From contig JAUCBJ010007290.1 of NCBI GenBank assembly GCA_032718475.1, positions 62,001-126,000 on the forward strand: a stretch of DNA of 64,000 nucleotides, read 5' to 3'. A program made the position numbers and the translations under genes. Source of the stretch: Nemertoderma westbladi (lineage: Eukaryota; Animalia; Xenacoelomorpha). Below are positions 1-13,362 of the stretch, piece after piece. A model generated the notes under the pieces. It had not been told where the DNA came from, did no database searches, and saw nothing but the letters and a program-made list of their open reading frames with translations. The first letter of the stretch is position 1, and each line of letters starts with the position of its first letter.

Positions 1-3000
1 TAAAACAAATCAGTTTATATCTTCCTAAATAATAAAACAAATCGATTAATATCTTCCTAAATAATAAAATAAACCAGTTTATATCTTCCTAAATAATAAA
101 ACAAACCAGTTTATATCTTCCTAAATAATAAAACAAATCAATTCATATCTTCCTAAATAATAAAACAAATCAGTTTATATCTTCCTAAATAATAAAACAA
201 ACCAGTTTATATCTTCCTAAGTAATAAAACAAACCAGTTTATATCTTCCTAAATAATAAAACAAACCAGTTTATATCTTCCTAAATAATAAAACAAATCA
301 GTTTATATCTTCCTAAATAATAAAACAAATCAGTTTATATCTTCCTAAATAATAAAACAAACCAGTTTATATCTTCCTAAATAATAAAACAAACCAGTTT
401 ATATCTTCCTAAATAATAAAACAAACCAGTTTATATCTTCCTAAGTAATAAAACAAACCAGTTTATATCTTCCTAAATAATAAAACAAACCAGTTTATAT
501 CTTCCTAAATAATAAAACAAACCAGTTTATATCTTCCTAAATAATAAAACAAATCAATTCATATCTTCCTAAATAATAAAACAAATCGATTCATATCTTC
601 CTAAATAATAAAATAAACCAGTTTATATCTTCCTAAATAATAAAACAAACCAGTTTATATCTTCCTAAATAATAAAACAAATCAGTTTATATCTTCCTAA
701 ATAATAAAACAAATCAGTTTATATCTTCCTAAATAATAAAACAAACCAGTTTATATCTTCCTAAATAATAAAACAAACCAGTTTATATCTTCCTAAATAA
801 TAAAACAAATCAATTCATATCTTCCTAAATAATAAAACAAACCAGTTTATATCTTCCTAAATAATAAAACAAATCAGTTTATATCTTCCTAAATAATAAA
901 ACAAATCAATTCATATCTTCCTAAATAATAAAACAAATCAGTTTATATCTTCTGAAATAATAAAACAAACCAGTTTATATCTTCCTAAATAATAAAACAA
1001 ATCAATTCATATCTTCCTAAATAATAAAACAAACCAGTTTATATCTTCCTAAATAATAAAACAAATCAGTTTATATCTTCCTAAATAATAAAACAAACCA
1101 GTTTATATCTTCCTAAATAATAAAACAAACCAGTTTATATCTTCCTAAATAATAAAACAAACCAGTTTATATCTTCCTAAATAATAAAACAAACCAGTTT
1201 ATATCTTCCTAAATAATAAAACAAACCAGTTTATATCTTCCTAAATAATAAAACAAATCAATTCATATCTTCCTAAATAATAAAACAAACCAGTTTATAT
1301 CTTCCTAAATAATAAAACAAATCAATTCATATCTTCCTAAATAATAAAACAAACCAGTTTATATCTTCCTAAATAATAAAACAAACCAGTTTATATGTTC
1401 CTAAATAATAAAACAAACCAGTTTATATCTTCCTAAATAATAAAACAAACCAGTTTATATCTTCATAAATAATGAAACAAACCAGTTTATATCTTCCTAA
1501 ATAATAAAACAAACCAGTTTATATCTTCCTAAATAATAAAACAAATCAATTCATATCTTCCTAAATAATAAAACAAACCAGTTTATATCTTCCTAAATAA
1601 TAAAACAAATCAATTCATATCTTCCTAAATAATAAAACAAATCAATTCATATCTTCCTAAATAATAAAACAAACCAGTTTATATCTTCCTAAATAATAAA
1701 ACAAACCAGTTTATATCTTCCTAAATAATAAAACAAATCAATTCATATCTTCCTAAATAATAAAACAAACCAGTTTATATATCTTCCTAAATAATAAAAC
1801 AAATCAATTCATATCTTCCTAAATAATAAAACAAATCAATTCATATCTTCCTAAATAATAAAACAAACCAGTTTATATCTTCCTAAATAATAAAACAAAT
1901 CAATTCATATCTTCCTAAATAATAAAACAAATCAATTCATATCTTCCTAAATAATAAAACAAACCAGTTTATATCTTCCTAAATAATAAAACAAACCAGT
2001 TTATATCTTCCTAAATATTAAAACAAATCAATTCATATCTTCCTAAATAATTAAACAAACCAGTTTATATCTTCCTAAATAATAAAACAAACCAGTTTAT
2101 ATCTTCCTAAATAATAAAACAAACCAGTTTATATCTTCATAAATAATAAAACAAACCAGTTTATATCTTCATAAATAATGAAACAAAACAGTTTATATCT
2201 TCCTAAATAATAAAACAAACCAGTTTATATCTTCCTAAATAATAAAACAAACCAGTTTATATCTTCCTAAATAATAAAACAAACCAGTTTATATCTTCAT
2301 AAATAATGAAACAAACCAGTTTATATCTTCATAAATAATAAAACAAACCAGTTTATATCTTCATAAATAATGAAACAAAACAGTTTATATCTTCCTAAAT
2401 AATAAAACAAACCAGTTTATATCTTCCTAAATAATAAAACAAACCAGTTTATATCTTCCTAAATAATAAAACAAACCAGTTTATATCTTCATAAATAATG
2501 AAACAAACCAGTTTATATCTTCATAAATAATGAAACAAAACAGTTTATATCTTCCTAAATAATAAAACAAACCAGTTTATATCTTCCTAAATAATAAAAC
2601 AAACCAGTTTATATCTTCCTAAATAATAAAACAAACCAGTTTATATCTTCATAAATAATAAAACAAAACAGTTTATATCTTCATAAATAATGAAACAAAA
2701 CAGTTTATATCTTCCTAAATAATAAAACAAACCAGTTTATATCTTCATAAATAATGAAACAAACCAGTTTATATCTTCATAAATAATGAAACAAAACAGT
2801 TTATATCTTCCTAAATAATAAAACAAACCAGTTTATATCTTCCTAAATAATAAAACAAACCAGTTTATATCTTCCTAAATAATAAAACAAACCAGTTTAT
2901 ATCTTCCTAAATAATGAAACAAACCAGTTTATATCTTCATAAATAATGAAACAAAACAGTTTATATCTTCCTAAATAATAAAACAAATCAGTTTATATCT

Positions 3001-6000
3001 TCCTAAATAATAAAACAAATCAATTCATATCTTCCTAAATAATAAAACAAATCGATTCATATCTTCCTAAATAATAAAATAAACCAGTTTATATCTTCCT
3101 AAATAATAAAACAAACCAGTTTATATCTTCCTAAATAATAAAACAAATCAGTTTATATCTTCCTAAATAATAAAACAAATCAGTTTATATCTTCCTAAAT
3201 AATAAAACAAACCAGTTTATATCTTCCTAAATAATAAAACAAACCAGTTTATATCTTCCTAAATAATAAAACAAATCAATTCATATCTTCCTAAATAATA
3301 AAACAAACCAGTTTATATCTTCCTAAATAATAAAACAAATCAGTTTATATCTTCCTAAATAATAAAACAAATCAATTCATATCTTCCTAAATAATAAAAC
3401 AAATCAGTTTATATCTTCTGAAATAATAAAACAAACCAGTTTATATCTTCCTAAATAATAAAACAAATCAATTCATATCTTCCTAAATAATAAAACAAAC
3501 CAGTTTATATCTTCCTAAATAATAAAACAAATCAGTTTATATCTTCCTAAATAATAAAACAAACCAGTTTATATCTTCCTAAATAATAAAACAAACCAGT
3601 TTATATCTTCCTAAATAATAAAACAAACCAGTTTATATCTTCCTAAATAATAAAACAAACCAGTTTATATCTTCCTAAATAATAAAACAAACCAGTTTAT
3701 ATCTTCCTAAATAATAAAACAAATCAATTCATATCTTCCTAAATAATAAAACAAACCAGTTTATATCTTCCTAAATAATAAAACAAATCAATTCATATCT
3801 TCCTAAATAATAAAACAAACCAGTTTATATCTTCCTAAATAATAAAACAAACCAGTTTATATGTTCCTAAATAATAAAACAAACCAGTTTATATCTTCCT
3901 AAATAATAAAACAAACCAGTTTATATCTTCATAAATAATGAAACAAACCAGTTTATATCTTCCTAAATAATAAAACAAACCAGTTTATATCTTCCTAAAT
4001 AATAAAACAAATCAATTCATATCTTCCTAAATAATAAAACAAACCAGTTTATATCTTCCTAAATAATAAAACAAATCAATTCATATCTTCCTAAATAATA
4101 AAACAAATCAATTCATATCTTCCTAAATAATAAAACAAACCAGTTTATATCTTCCTAAATAATAAAACAAACCAGTTTATATCTTCCTAAATAATAAAAC
4201 AAATCAATTCATATCTTCCTAAATAATAAAACAAACCAATTTATATATCTTCCTAAATAATAAAACAAATCAATTCATATCTTCCTAAATAATAAAACAA
4301 ATCAATTCATATCTTCCTAAATAATAAAACAAACCAGTTTATATCTTCCTAAATAATAAAACAAATCAATTCATATCTTCCTAAATAATAAAACAAATCA
4401 ATTCATATCTTCCTAAATAATAAAACAAACCAGTTTATATCTTCCTAAATAATAAAACAAACCAGTTTATATCTTCCTAAATAATAAAACAAATCAATTC
4501 ATATCTTCCTAAATAATTAAACAAACCAGTTTATATCTTCCTAAATAATAAAACAAACCAGTTTATATCTTCCTAAATAATAAAACAAACCAGTTTATAT
4601 CTTCATAAATAATAAAACAAACCAGTTTATATCTTCATAAATAATGAAACAAAACAGTTTATATCTTCCTAAATAATAAAACAAACCAGTTTATATCTTC
4701 CTAAATAATAAAACAAACCAGTTTATATCTTCCTAAATAATAAAACAAACCAGTTTATATCTTCATAAATAATGAAACAAACCAGTTTATATCTTCATAA
4801 ATAATAAAACAAACCAGTTTATATCTTCATAAATAATGAAACAAAACAGTTTATATCTTCCTAAATAATAAAACAAACCAGTTTATATCTTCCTAAATAA
4901 TAAAACAAACCAGTTTATATCTTCCTAAATAATAAAACAAACCAGTTTATATCTTCATAAATAATGAAACAAACCAGTTTATATCTTCATAAATAATGAA
5001 ACAAAACAGTTTATATCTTCCTAAATAATAAAACAAACCAGTTTATATCTTCCTAAATAATAAAACAAACCAGTTTATATCTTCCTAAATAATAAAACAA
5101 ACCAGTTTATATCTTCATAAATAATAAAACAAACCAGTTTATATCTTCATAAATAATGAAACAAAACAGTTTATATCTTCCTAAATAATAAAACAAACCA
5201 GTTTATATCTTCATAAATAATGAAACAAACCAGTTTATATCTTCATAAATAATGAAACAAAACAGTTTATATCTTCCTAAATAATAAAACAAACCAGTTT
5301 ATATCTTCCTAAATAATAAAACAAACCAGTTTATATCTTCCTAAATAATAAAACAAACCAGTTTATATCTTCCTAAATAATGAAACAAACCAGTTTATAT
5401 CTTCATAAATAATGAAACAAAACAGTTTATATCTTCCTAAATAATAAAAAAACCAGTTTATATCTTCCTAAATAATAAAACAAACCAGTTTATATCTTCC
5501 TAAATAATAAAACAAACCAGTTTATATCTTCATAAATAATAAAACAAACCAGTTTATATCTTCATAAATAATGAAACAAAACAGTTTATATCTTCCTAAA
5601 TAATAAAACAAACCAGTTTATATCTTCCTAAATAATAAAACAAATCAGTTTATATCTTCCTAAATAATTAAACAAACCAGTTTATATCGTCCTAAATAAT
5701 AAAACAAACCAGTTTATATCTTCCTAAATAATAAAACAAATCAATTCATATCTTCCTAAATAATAAAACAAACCAGTTTATATCTTCCAAATAATAAAAC
5801 AAACCAGTTTATATCTTCCTAAATAATAAAACAAACCAGTTTATATCTTCCTAAATAATAAAACAAATCAATTCATATCTTCCTAAATAATAAAACAAAC
5901 CAGTTTATATCTTCCAAATAATAAAACAAACCAGTTTATATCTTCCTAAATAATAAAACAAACCAGTTTATATCTTCCTAAATAATAAAACAAACCAGTT

Positions 6001-7362
6001 TATATCTTCATAAATAATGAAACAAACCAGTTTATATCGTCCTAAATAATAAAACAAACCAGTTTATATCTTCCTAAATAATAAAACAAATCAATTCATA
6101 TCTTCCTAAATAATTAAACAAACCAGTTTATATCGTCCTAAATAATAAAACAAACCAGTTTATATCTTCCTAAATTATAAAACAAATCAATTCATATCTT
6201 CCTAAATAATAAAACAAACCAGTTTATATCTTCCTAAATAATAAAACAAACCAGTTTATATCTTCCTAAATAATAAAACAAACCAGTTTATATCTTCCTA
6301 AATAATAAAATAAACCAGTTTATATCTTCCTAAATAATAAAATAAACCAGTTTATATCTTACTAAATAAATAATGAAACAAACCAGTTATATCTTCCTAA
6401 ATAATAAAACAAACCAGTTTATATCTTCCTAAATAATAAAATAAACCAGTTTATATCTTCCTAAATAATAAAACAAACCAGTTTATATCTTCCTAAATAA
6501 TAAAACAAACCAGTTTATATCTTCATAAATAATGAAACAAACCAGTTTATATCTTCCTAAATAATAAAACAATCCAGTTTATATCTTCCTAAATAATAAA
6601 ACAAATCAGTTTATATCTTCCTAAATAATTAAACAAACCAGTTTATATCGTCCTAAATAATAAAACAAACCAGTTTATATCTTCCTAAATAATAAAACAA
6701 ATCAATTCATATCTTCCTAAATAATAAAACAAACCAGTTTATATCTTCCTAAATAATAAAATAAACCAGTTTACATCTTCCTAAATAATAAAACAAACCA
6801 GTTTATATCTTCCTAAATAATAAAACAAATCAGTTTATATCTTCCTAAATAATTAAACAAACCAGTTTATATCTTCCTAAATAATAAAACAAATCAATTC
6901 ATATCTTCCTAAATAATAAAACAAACCAGTTTATATCTTCCTAAATAATAAAACAAACCAGTTTACATCTTCCTAAATAATAAAACAAACCAGTTTATAT
7001 CTTCCTAAATAATAAAACAAACCAGTTTATATCTTCCTAAATAATAAAACAAATCAATTCATATCTTCCTAAATAATAAAACAAACCAGTTTATATCTTC
7101 CTAAATAATAAAACAAACCAGTTTACATCTTCCTAAATAATAAAACAAATCAGTTTATATCTTCCTAAATAATAAAACAAACCAGTTTATATCTTCCTAA
7201 ATAATAAAACAAACCAGTTTATATCTTCCTAAATAATAAAACAAACCAGTTTATATCTTCCTTAAATAATAAAATAAACCAGTTTATATCTTCCTAAATA
7301 ATAAAATAAACCAGTTTATATCTTACTAAATAAATAATAAAACAAACCAGTTTATATCTTCC
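1..7362. repeat. 32-bp tandem array, at least 230 copies (runs off the window edge); unit CCTAAATAATAAAACAAACCAGTTTATATCTT; overlaps the exon donor
   Basis: Direct reading of periodicity. Confidence 0.97.
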
Positions 7363-7547
7363 AATGGTAACATTTCTTTCGCCCCAGAGTACTGTAACAC
7401 TCTCAGTGCATGTTGCCTTGCCAACACAAGCGATATTACTGCCGATAACTTTGAATTGATTGTCTACCATGGCCAGTATGTAGGTGCAGTTACCATTGAA
7501 AGTGAAAGATCTTCCGTCAAATGAAACATAATGAGGGTCGCCCGTAC
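7348..7547 (-). CDS. Exon: VWD start with [12 protein letters not shown]
   Basis: ttccag|GTAC acceptor; probable donor AAACTG|gtttgt, which coincides with the first unit of the 32-bp array. Confidence 0.88.
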
Positions 7548-7754
7548 CTGGAACAGACGATATACGAGCAGAAATATTAAATTTACGAAAAATGTTAAAA
7601 ATAGAAAATATATGAAAAGTTAAAAACATAAAATACATGAAAAGTTAAATATATTAAAAATAAATAACTTGATAAGTTGCATATAAGAAAAGTTAAATAA
7701 AATAAAAGATAACAGTTAACAATATTTAATGATTCACCATATTATACAACTCAC

Positions 7755-7949
7755 CAACGCATTCACAATCGCGACATTTCTCCGGCTCCACTCCGGTGAG
7801 CCCGTTGGATAATAGATTATCAGGATAGTGGCAGCCAGCCACTGGTGGTCTGTCGCAGGTCACCAGTTGTGGGTCTATTACATCTTGGCAGGTTGAAGGA
7901 CATGCTGGTCCACATTCCTTCCAAACCAAAGGTGAGGTGCATTGAGGAG
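7755..7949 (-). CDS. Exon: TIL (PQCTSPLVWKECGPACPSTC...) + VWD first strand
   Basis: tttcag|CTCC acceptor, GTTG|gtgagt donor. Confidence 0.9.
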
Positions 7950-8112
7950 CTGAAATATACATTTATACATAGTGATATGCGATTGCTATATAACAGATTT
8001 CCATATTCTTATAGAAGCGAAATAAAATCACAAAAAAAATTTAAATTTACGAATAAAATTGCCTTTATCACAAATTAATTTATTATTTGATAAGGATACT
8101 ACCCAGTAGTGT

Positions 8113-8524
8113 GGTACTATTTAACTGTAACCATGGTACTATTTAACTGTAACCATAAATGGTACTATTTAACTGTAACCATAAATGGTACTATTTAACT
8201 GTAACCATAAATGGTACTATTTAACTGTAACCATAAATGGTACTATTTAACTGTAACCATAAATGGTACTATTTAACTGTAACCATAAATGGTACTATTT
8301 AACTGTAACCATAAATGGTACTATTTAACTGTAACCATAAATGGTACTATTTAACTGTAACCATAAATGGTACTATTTAACTGTAACCATAAATGGTACT
8401 ATTTAACTGTAACCATAAATGGTACTATTTAACTGTAACCATAAATGGTACTATTTAACTGTAACCATAAATGGTACTATTTAACTGTAACCATAAATGG
8501 TACTATTTAACTGTAACCATAAAT
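8113..8524. repeat. 26-bp perfect minisatellite GGTACTATTTAACTGTAACCATAAAT, about 16 copies
   Basis: Direct reading. Confidence 0.95.
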
Positions 8525-8526
8525 TC

Positions 8527-9333
8527 TATTTTTTTGCTCCATCGCACAAAACGTGTTTTGAAAATGACATAATTTTTTTAATTTAATTAATGTTTTCTGG
8601 TTGCCAAAATTTTTGCCAAATTTTTGGTGTATTTCAAAATTTAAATAATATTAACCCTATATGGCATTAATATCACTCGAACCGCAATAGTTGACTTAGA
8701 AGGTGTAACACATTGGCAATAATATGTTAATTCATTTGTAATAATGTATTACATCATATTATCACTTACATAAGGTTTAAATTATCAAAAAATATGATAC
8801 AAAGATGCAGTGGGTATTGCTATGGTGTTGGAGCGGGTTGCGGGTGTTCTTTAGTTAACAAAAGAGGTTAACAATTTAGAAACTGCAGCTGTTTGTAATT
8901 GTTGAAGTTAATTTTGTACAATGTATTGTTTATGCGAAATACTAAACAAATTTTGAGTGAATCAAATTCCCAGAACATAATTATCAATATGAGACATGTA
9001 ACGATGTATGTTTGGAGAGTATAATTAATTTTGTAGAATCAGGTGATTTTTAGCAACTTATTGGGCAAGTGACTGCATCCTGTTCGCTATCTGTAGAAAA
9101 ATTGTCGGTGTTTGACACCCATTAATTAAGTCGACCATTGCGGTTCGAATTATATTAATGCAAATGCTATAGGGTTATTGTATTGTTATATTATTCCAAT
9201 TTTGAAATTCAATAAAATGTATTAAAAATTGGCAAAAATTTCAAAATTTGATGGCCAGAGGAAGCCAGAAGACAATTTTAAAATGTAATAAATTTCATTT
9301 CCAAAACATGTTTTGATGGAGAAAAAGAAATAT
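8527..9333. mobile_element. Degenerate foldback/MITE-like element with about 190-220 bp diverged inverted arms
   Basis: CTCCATC..AAAACGTGTTTTGAAAATGA and AACCCTATA..CATTAATAT..TCGAACCGCAAT..GACTTA (8537-8700) recur inverted at 9128-9322. Confidence 0.65.
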
Positions 9334-9520
9334 CACTATTAAGAAACAAGATTCTAAAAAAGTGTAATACGACTATAGAGCCCTACCGAGCCTATTAAGT
9401 AAAGAAAAGGTCTATTGACTATTGAAAACGAGGATCTCTTGGCCATTATGGGCTCGGTAGATTACAGAGTGAAAAGTTTTAATAAATGACAATAAAATGA
9501 AATAAATTATAGTGACTCAC

Positions 9521-9708
9521 GTGGACAACGTATGGGATTCCTCCAATTGAATGTAATATGTCTCCGACAGCATTGGACGGAATAGAAAGATAAGGCGTCG
9601 CAGAGACACTCCCGCTGCTCCGAGAGACACAGGCAGACTGTCTCGAGACAGTGGATGTAGTAGGGTTCAACGGGGACAGCATCGTGGCAGGTTGAAAACG
9701 GAGACTTC
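9521..9708 (-). CDS. Exon: C8 domain (SPFSTCHDAVPVEPYYIHC...ECLCDALSFYSVQC...WRNPIRCP)
   Basis: tcccag|GAAG acceptor, CCAC|gtgagt donor. Confidence 0.92.
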
Positions 9709-9719
9709 CTGGGAACCAG

Positions 9720-11748
9720 AATGGGGAAAATAGAGGGGGGGGGGGGGGGTGGGGTGGAAATAGAGCAGGGGAAATAGAAAGGGGGGATGGAATGGGGAGA
9801 ATAAAGGGAGGAAAATAGAGAAGGGGAGATATAGAAAGGGGGGGTGGGGAGAATAAAGGGAAGAAAAGAGAAGGGGAGATATAAAGGGGGGGGGGGGATG
9901 GGGAGAATAAAGGGAAGAAAATAGAGAAGGGGAGATAGAAAGGGGGGATGGAAAGGGGAGAATAAAGGGGGGGAAATAGAGAAGGGGAAATAGAAAGGGG
10001 GGATGGAATGGGGAGAATAAAGGGGGGAAATAGAGAAGGGGAGATAGAAGGGGGGGTGGGGAGAATAAAGGGAAGAAAAGAGAAGGGGAGATATAAAGGG
10101 GGGGGGGGTGGAATGGGGAGAATAAATGGGAGAAAATAGAGAAGGTGAGATAGAAAGGGGGGATGGAATGGGGAGAATAAAGGGGGGAAATAGAGAAGGG
10201 GAGATAGAAAGGGGGGGGGGATGGAATGGGGAGAATAAAGGGAGGAAATAGAGAAGGGGAGATAGAAAGGGGGGATGGAATGGGGAGAATAAAGAGGGGA
10301 AATAGAGAAGGGGAGATAGAAAGGGGGGATGGAATGGGGAGAATAAAGGGAAGAAAATAGAGAAGGGGAGATAGAAGGGGTGGGTGGAATGGGGAGAATA
10401 AAGGGGGGAAATAGAGAAGGGGAGATAGAAAGGGGGGATGGAATGGGGAGAATAAAGGGAGGAAATAGAGAAGGGGAGATAGAAAGGGGGGATGGAATGG
10501 GGAGAATAAAGGAGGGAAATAGAGAAGGGGAGATAGAAAGGGGGGGGGGTGGAAAGGGGAGAACAAAGGGAAGAAAATAGAGAAGGGGAGATAGAAAGGG
10601 GGGGTAGAATGGGGAGAATAGAGGGAGGAAATAGAGAAGGGGAGATAGAAAGGGGGGGTGGAATGGGGAGAATAAAGGGGGGAAATAGAGAAGGGGAAAT
10701 AGAAAGGGGGGATGGAATGGGGAGAATAAAGGGAGGAAAATAGAGAAGGGGAGATATAGAAAGGGGGGATGGAATGGGGAGAATAAAGGGAGGAAATAGA
10801 GAAGGGGAGATAGAAAGGGGGGGGGGAGAATAAAGGGAAGAAAAGAGAAGGGGAGATAGAAAGGGGGGGTGGAATGGGGAGAACAAAGGGAGGAAATAGA
10901 GAAGGGGAGATAGAAAGGGGGGATGGAATGGGGAGAATAAAGGAGGGAAATAGAGAAGGGGAGATAGAAAGGGGGGGGGGGGTGGAAAGGGGAGAACAAA
11001 GGGAAGAAAATAGAGAAGGGGAGATAGAAAGGGGGGGTAGAATGGGGAGAATAGAGGGAGGAAATAGAGAAGGGGAGATAGAAAGGGGGGGGGTGGAATG
11101 GGGAGAATAAAGGGGGGAAATAGAGAAGGGGAAATAGAAAGGGGGGATGGAATGGGGAGAATAAAGGGAGGAAATAGAGAAGGGGAGATAGAAAGGGGGG
11201 GGGGGAGAATAAAGGGAAGAAAAGAGAAGGGGAGATAGAAAGGGGGGGGGGTGGAATGGGGAGAATAGAGGGAGGAAAATAGAGAAGGGGAGATAGAAAG
11301 GGGGGGTGGAATGGGGAGAATAAAGGGGGGAAATAGAGAAGGGGAAATAGAAAGGGGGGATGGAATGGGGAGAATAAAGGGAGGAAATAGAGAAGGGGAG
11401 ATAGAAAGGGGGGATGGAATGGGGAGAATAAAGGGGGGAAATAGAGAAGGGGAGATAGAAAGGGGGGATGGAATGGGGAGAATAAAGAGGGGAAATAGAG
11501 AAGGGGAGATAGAAAGGGGGGATGGAATGGGGAGAATAAAGGGAGGAAAATAGAGAAGGGGAGATAGAAAGGGGGGATGGAATGGGGAGAATAAAGAGGG
11601 GAAATAGAGAAGGGGAGATAGAAGGGGGGGATGGAATGGGGAGAATAAAGAGGGGAAATAGAGAAGGGGAGATAGAAAGGGGGGATGGAATGGGGAGAAT
11701 AAAGGGAAGGAAATAGAGAAGGGGAGATGGAAAGGGGGGGTGGAATGG
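9720..11748. repeat. About 54-bp polypurine (+) / polypyrimidine (-) tandem array with variable G-runs
   Basis: Unit ATGGGGAGAATAAAGGGGGGAAATAGAGAAGGGGAGATAGAAAGGGGGGATGGA; almost no C on the + strand. Confidence 0.95.
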
Positions 11749-12076
11749 AGGACAAATGGAAAGTCGCAAATAGAAAGGGAATATAAATGGGGAACATATG
11801 AAAATGAGGTTAAATAAATGATCTGGGGAAAATAGAAACGGATGAATAGAAGGGCGGGAAAACGGAAAGGGAAAATTGAAGTGGTAAAATAAATGAGATG
11901 GGAAAAATAGAACGGACAGAAAATAACAATTAAAAAATGAGGACATTAATGGTGTTGGGTGTAATTCCTAAAGATAATTTATTGTTAAAATAAATCAATA
12001 ATTAGGAATAAATTACCCATTAGTTACGGTGTTTATTTCTGCAATAAATAATAATAAGTAACATTATTTTACTTAC

Positions 12077-12239
12077 AATAACTGTTCACATACATCCTGT
12101 GCCAATAAGTGATTGTTTTTAGTACAGTTGCTTTGAGTATAAATGCAGCTGTTTGACTCCCAGCCATCCATGAGCCAAGATGAACCAAACTCATCAATAT
12201 CAGACACAATTTCACCAGTACTAGTCTCAAAGTCGTCAG
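12077..12239 (-). CDS. Exon: VWD end / C8 start (DDFETSTGEIVSDIDEFGSSW...AQDVCEQLL)
   Basis: gaatag|CTGA acceptor, TATT|gtaagt donor; translated by hand. Confidence 0.88.
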
Positions 12240-12442
12240 CTATTCAAAGTGTAAATAATATAATAACTTAATTATGATGTCTTCCAGTAAACACCACATA
12301 CGTACATATACTGGCATAATTATAGATTAAATTTAGATATAATATATAATATAGATAATACGATAGATAAAATTATTATTATAGAATATTGTTGTTCGAA
12401 TCTCAATCTCAAACAAATTCCGTAGTGACGATTAATTTATAC

Positions 12443-12634
12443 CTGTAGTATCAGTGAATGTGCCACACAGTCCAGTAACTGAATCGAATTGACTTGAATC
12501 CAAAGTGATCATTGTTTGAGTATCACTGGACCACTCCACAACCAACAAGTTGCGCATCTTCACAATAAATGAGTCACCAACCCTTCGGATCCAATTACCA
12601 ACACCCATCTGCTTGCTCAATGCTGACAACTGGC
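12443..12634 (-). CDS. Exon: VWD (…LVVEWSSDTQTMITLDSSQFDSVTGLCGTFTDTT)
   Basis: tcctag|GCCA acceptor, ACAG|gtataa donor, GLCG motif. Confidence 0.9.
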
Positions 12635-12847
12635 CTAGGAATTAATTGAGTTTTTTTAAATTTAAGTTATACAATGTTCTATGTAGCGATAGAACCTTGA
12701 GAAGACTTCAAGTATGTAAAGTTGATTACTAAAAGTAATAAAAAAAATAATGTTTTGCCTTGTATGTCTGACTGCCTTCCTACCGTTCGTATCAAAAAGC
12801 AGAAATTAAAATTGCGAAACAATTTATTATGTGACTAAGAAACACCT

Positions 12848-13123
12848 ACGTGGGGACTTCGTGCACCAGAAGTCTCGATAAGCCTATCGCAGTAAAATAA
12901 GATGACCGGGTCACTCCCCCTAGCGGCTGACAGAGGAACTATAGAATTCCGTCTGTGTGTAGAATTTCTAAATTTTTGATAGACTACTTTTGTCTACCAT
13001 GTTTGGTTACATTTGATCAAAGTGTGACAAACTTACTGTATTAGCTTGTATCAACGACGACAGACGGTCCCCTAATTATACCGCTACGCTAAGGCTCACG
13101 TAGACTACGTGGCTCGCCCCACA
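12848..13123 (+). mobile_element. Non-autonomous Helentron/HINE-like element, copy 1
   Basis: Starts ACGTGGGGACTTCG and ends GCTAAGGCTCACGTAGACTACGTGGCTCGCCCCACA (GTGGGG/CCCCAC inverted termini, 3' stem-loop). Homologous to 14378-14872. The family assignment is an inference. Confidence 0.6.
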
Positions 13124-13224
13124 GCTACAACAACGATCAATCAATTAAACAATTTTCAGATGAACATTAATCCACATGTAATGAATGTTATATTGTACGC
13201 TATTATAGTTTATATTATACTAAC

Positions 13225-13362
13225 CCTGTGTTAACAATCTACCATTGTAACGAACTTCAAAATTATCAGAAAGTCGAATTTCAAATTTAGGGAGTTTTAT
13301 TGTCAAACTCCTGGAACATTCATCCCGAGAATCAATAGTCTCACCAGAACAATGGATCTCTC
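13225..13362 (-). CDS. Exon: VWD middle (EIHCSGETIDSRDECSRSLTIKL...VRYNGRLLTQ)
   Basis: tttcag|GAGA acceptor, CAGG|gttagt donor. Confidence 0.85.

Noticed and set aside
1-7362. CRISPR-like regular arrays (32-bp, 29-bp and others)
   Set aside because: Units are head-to-tail with no unique spacers, no cas genes, and a spliceosomal eukaryotic context.
9479-11946. Pro/Phe/Ser-rich 459-772 aa ORFs
   Set aside because: Translations of the polypyrimidine array. Only 9521-9708 has domain content and splice sites.
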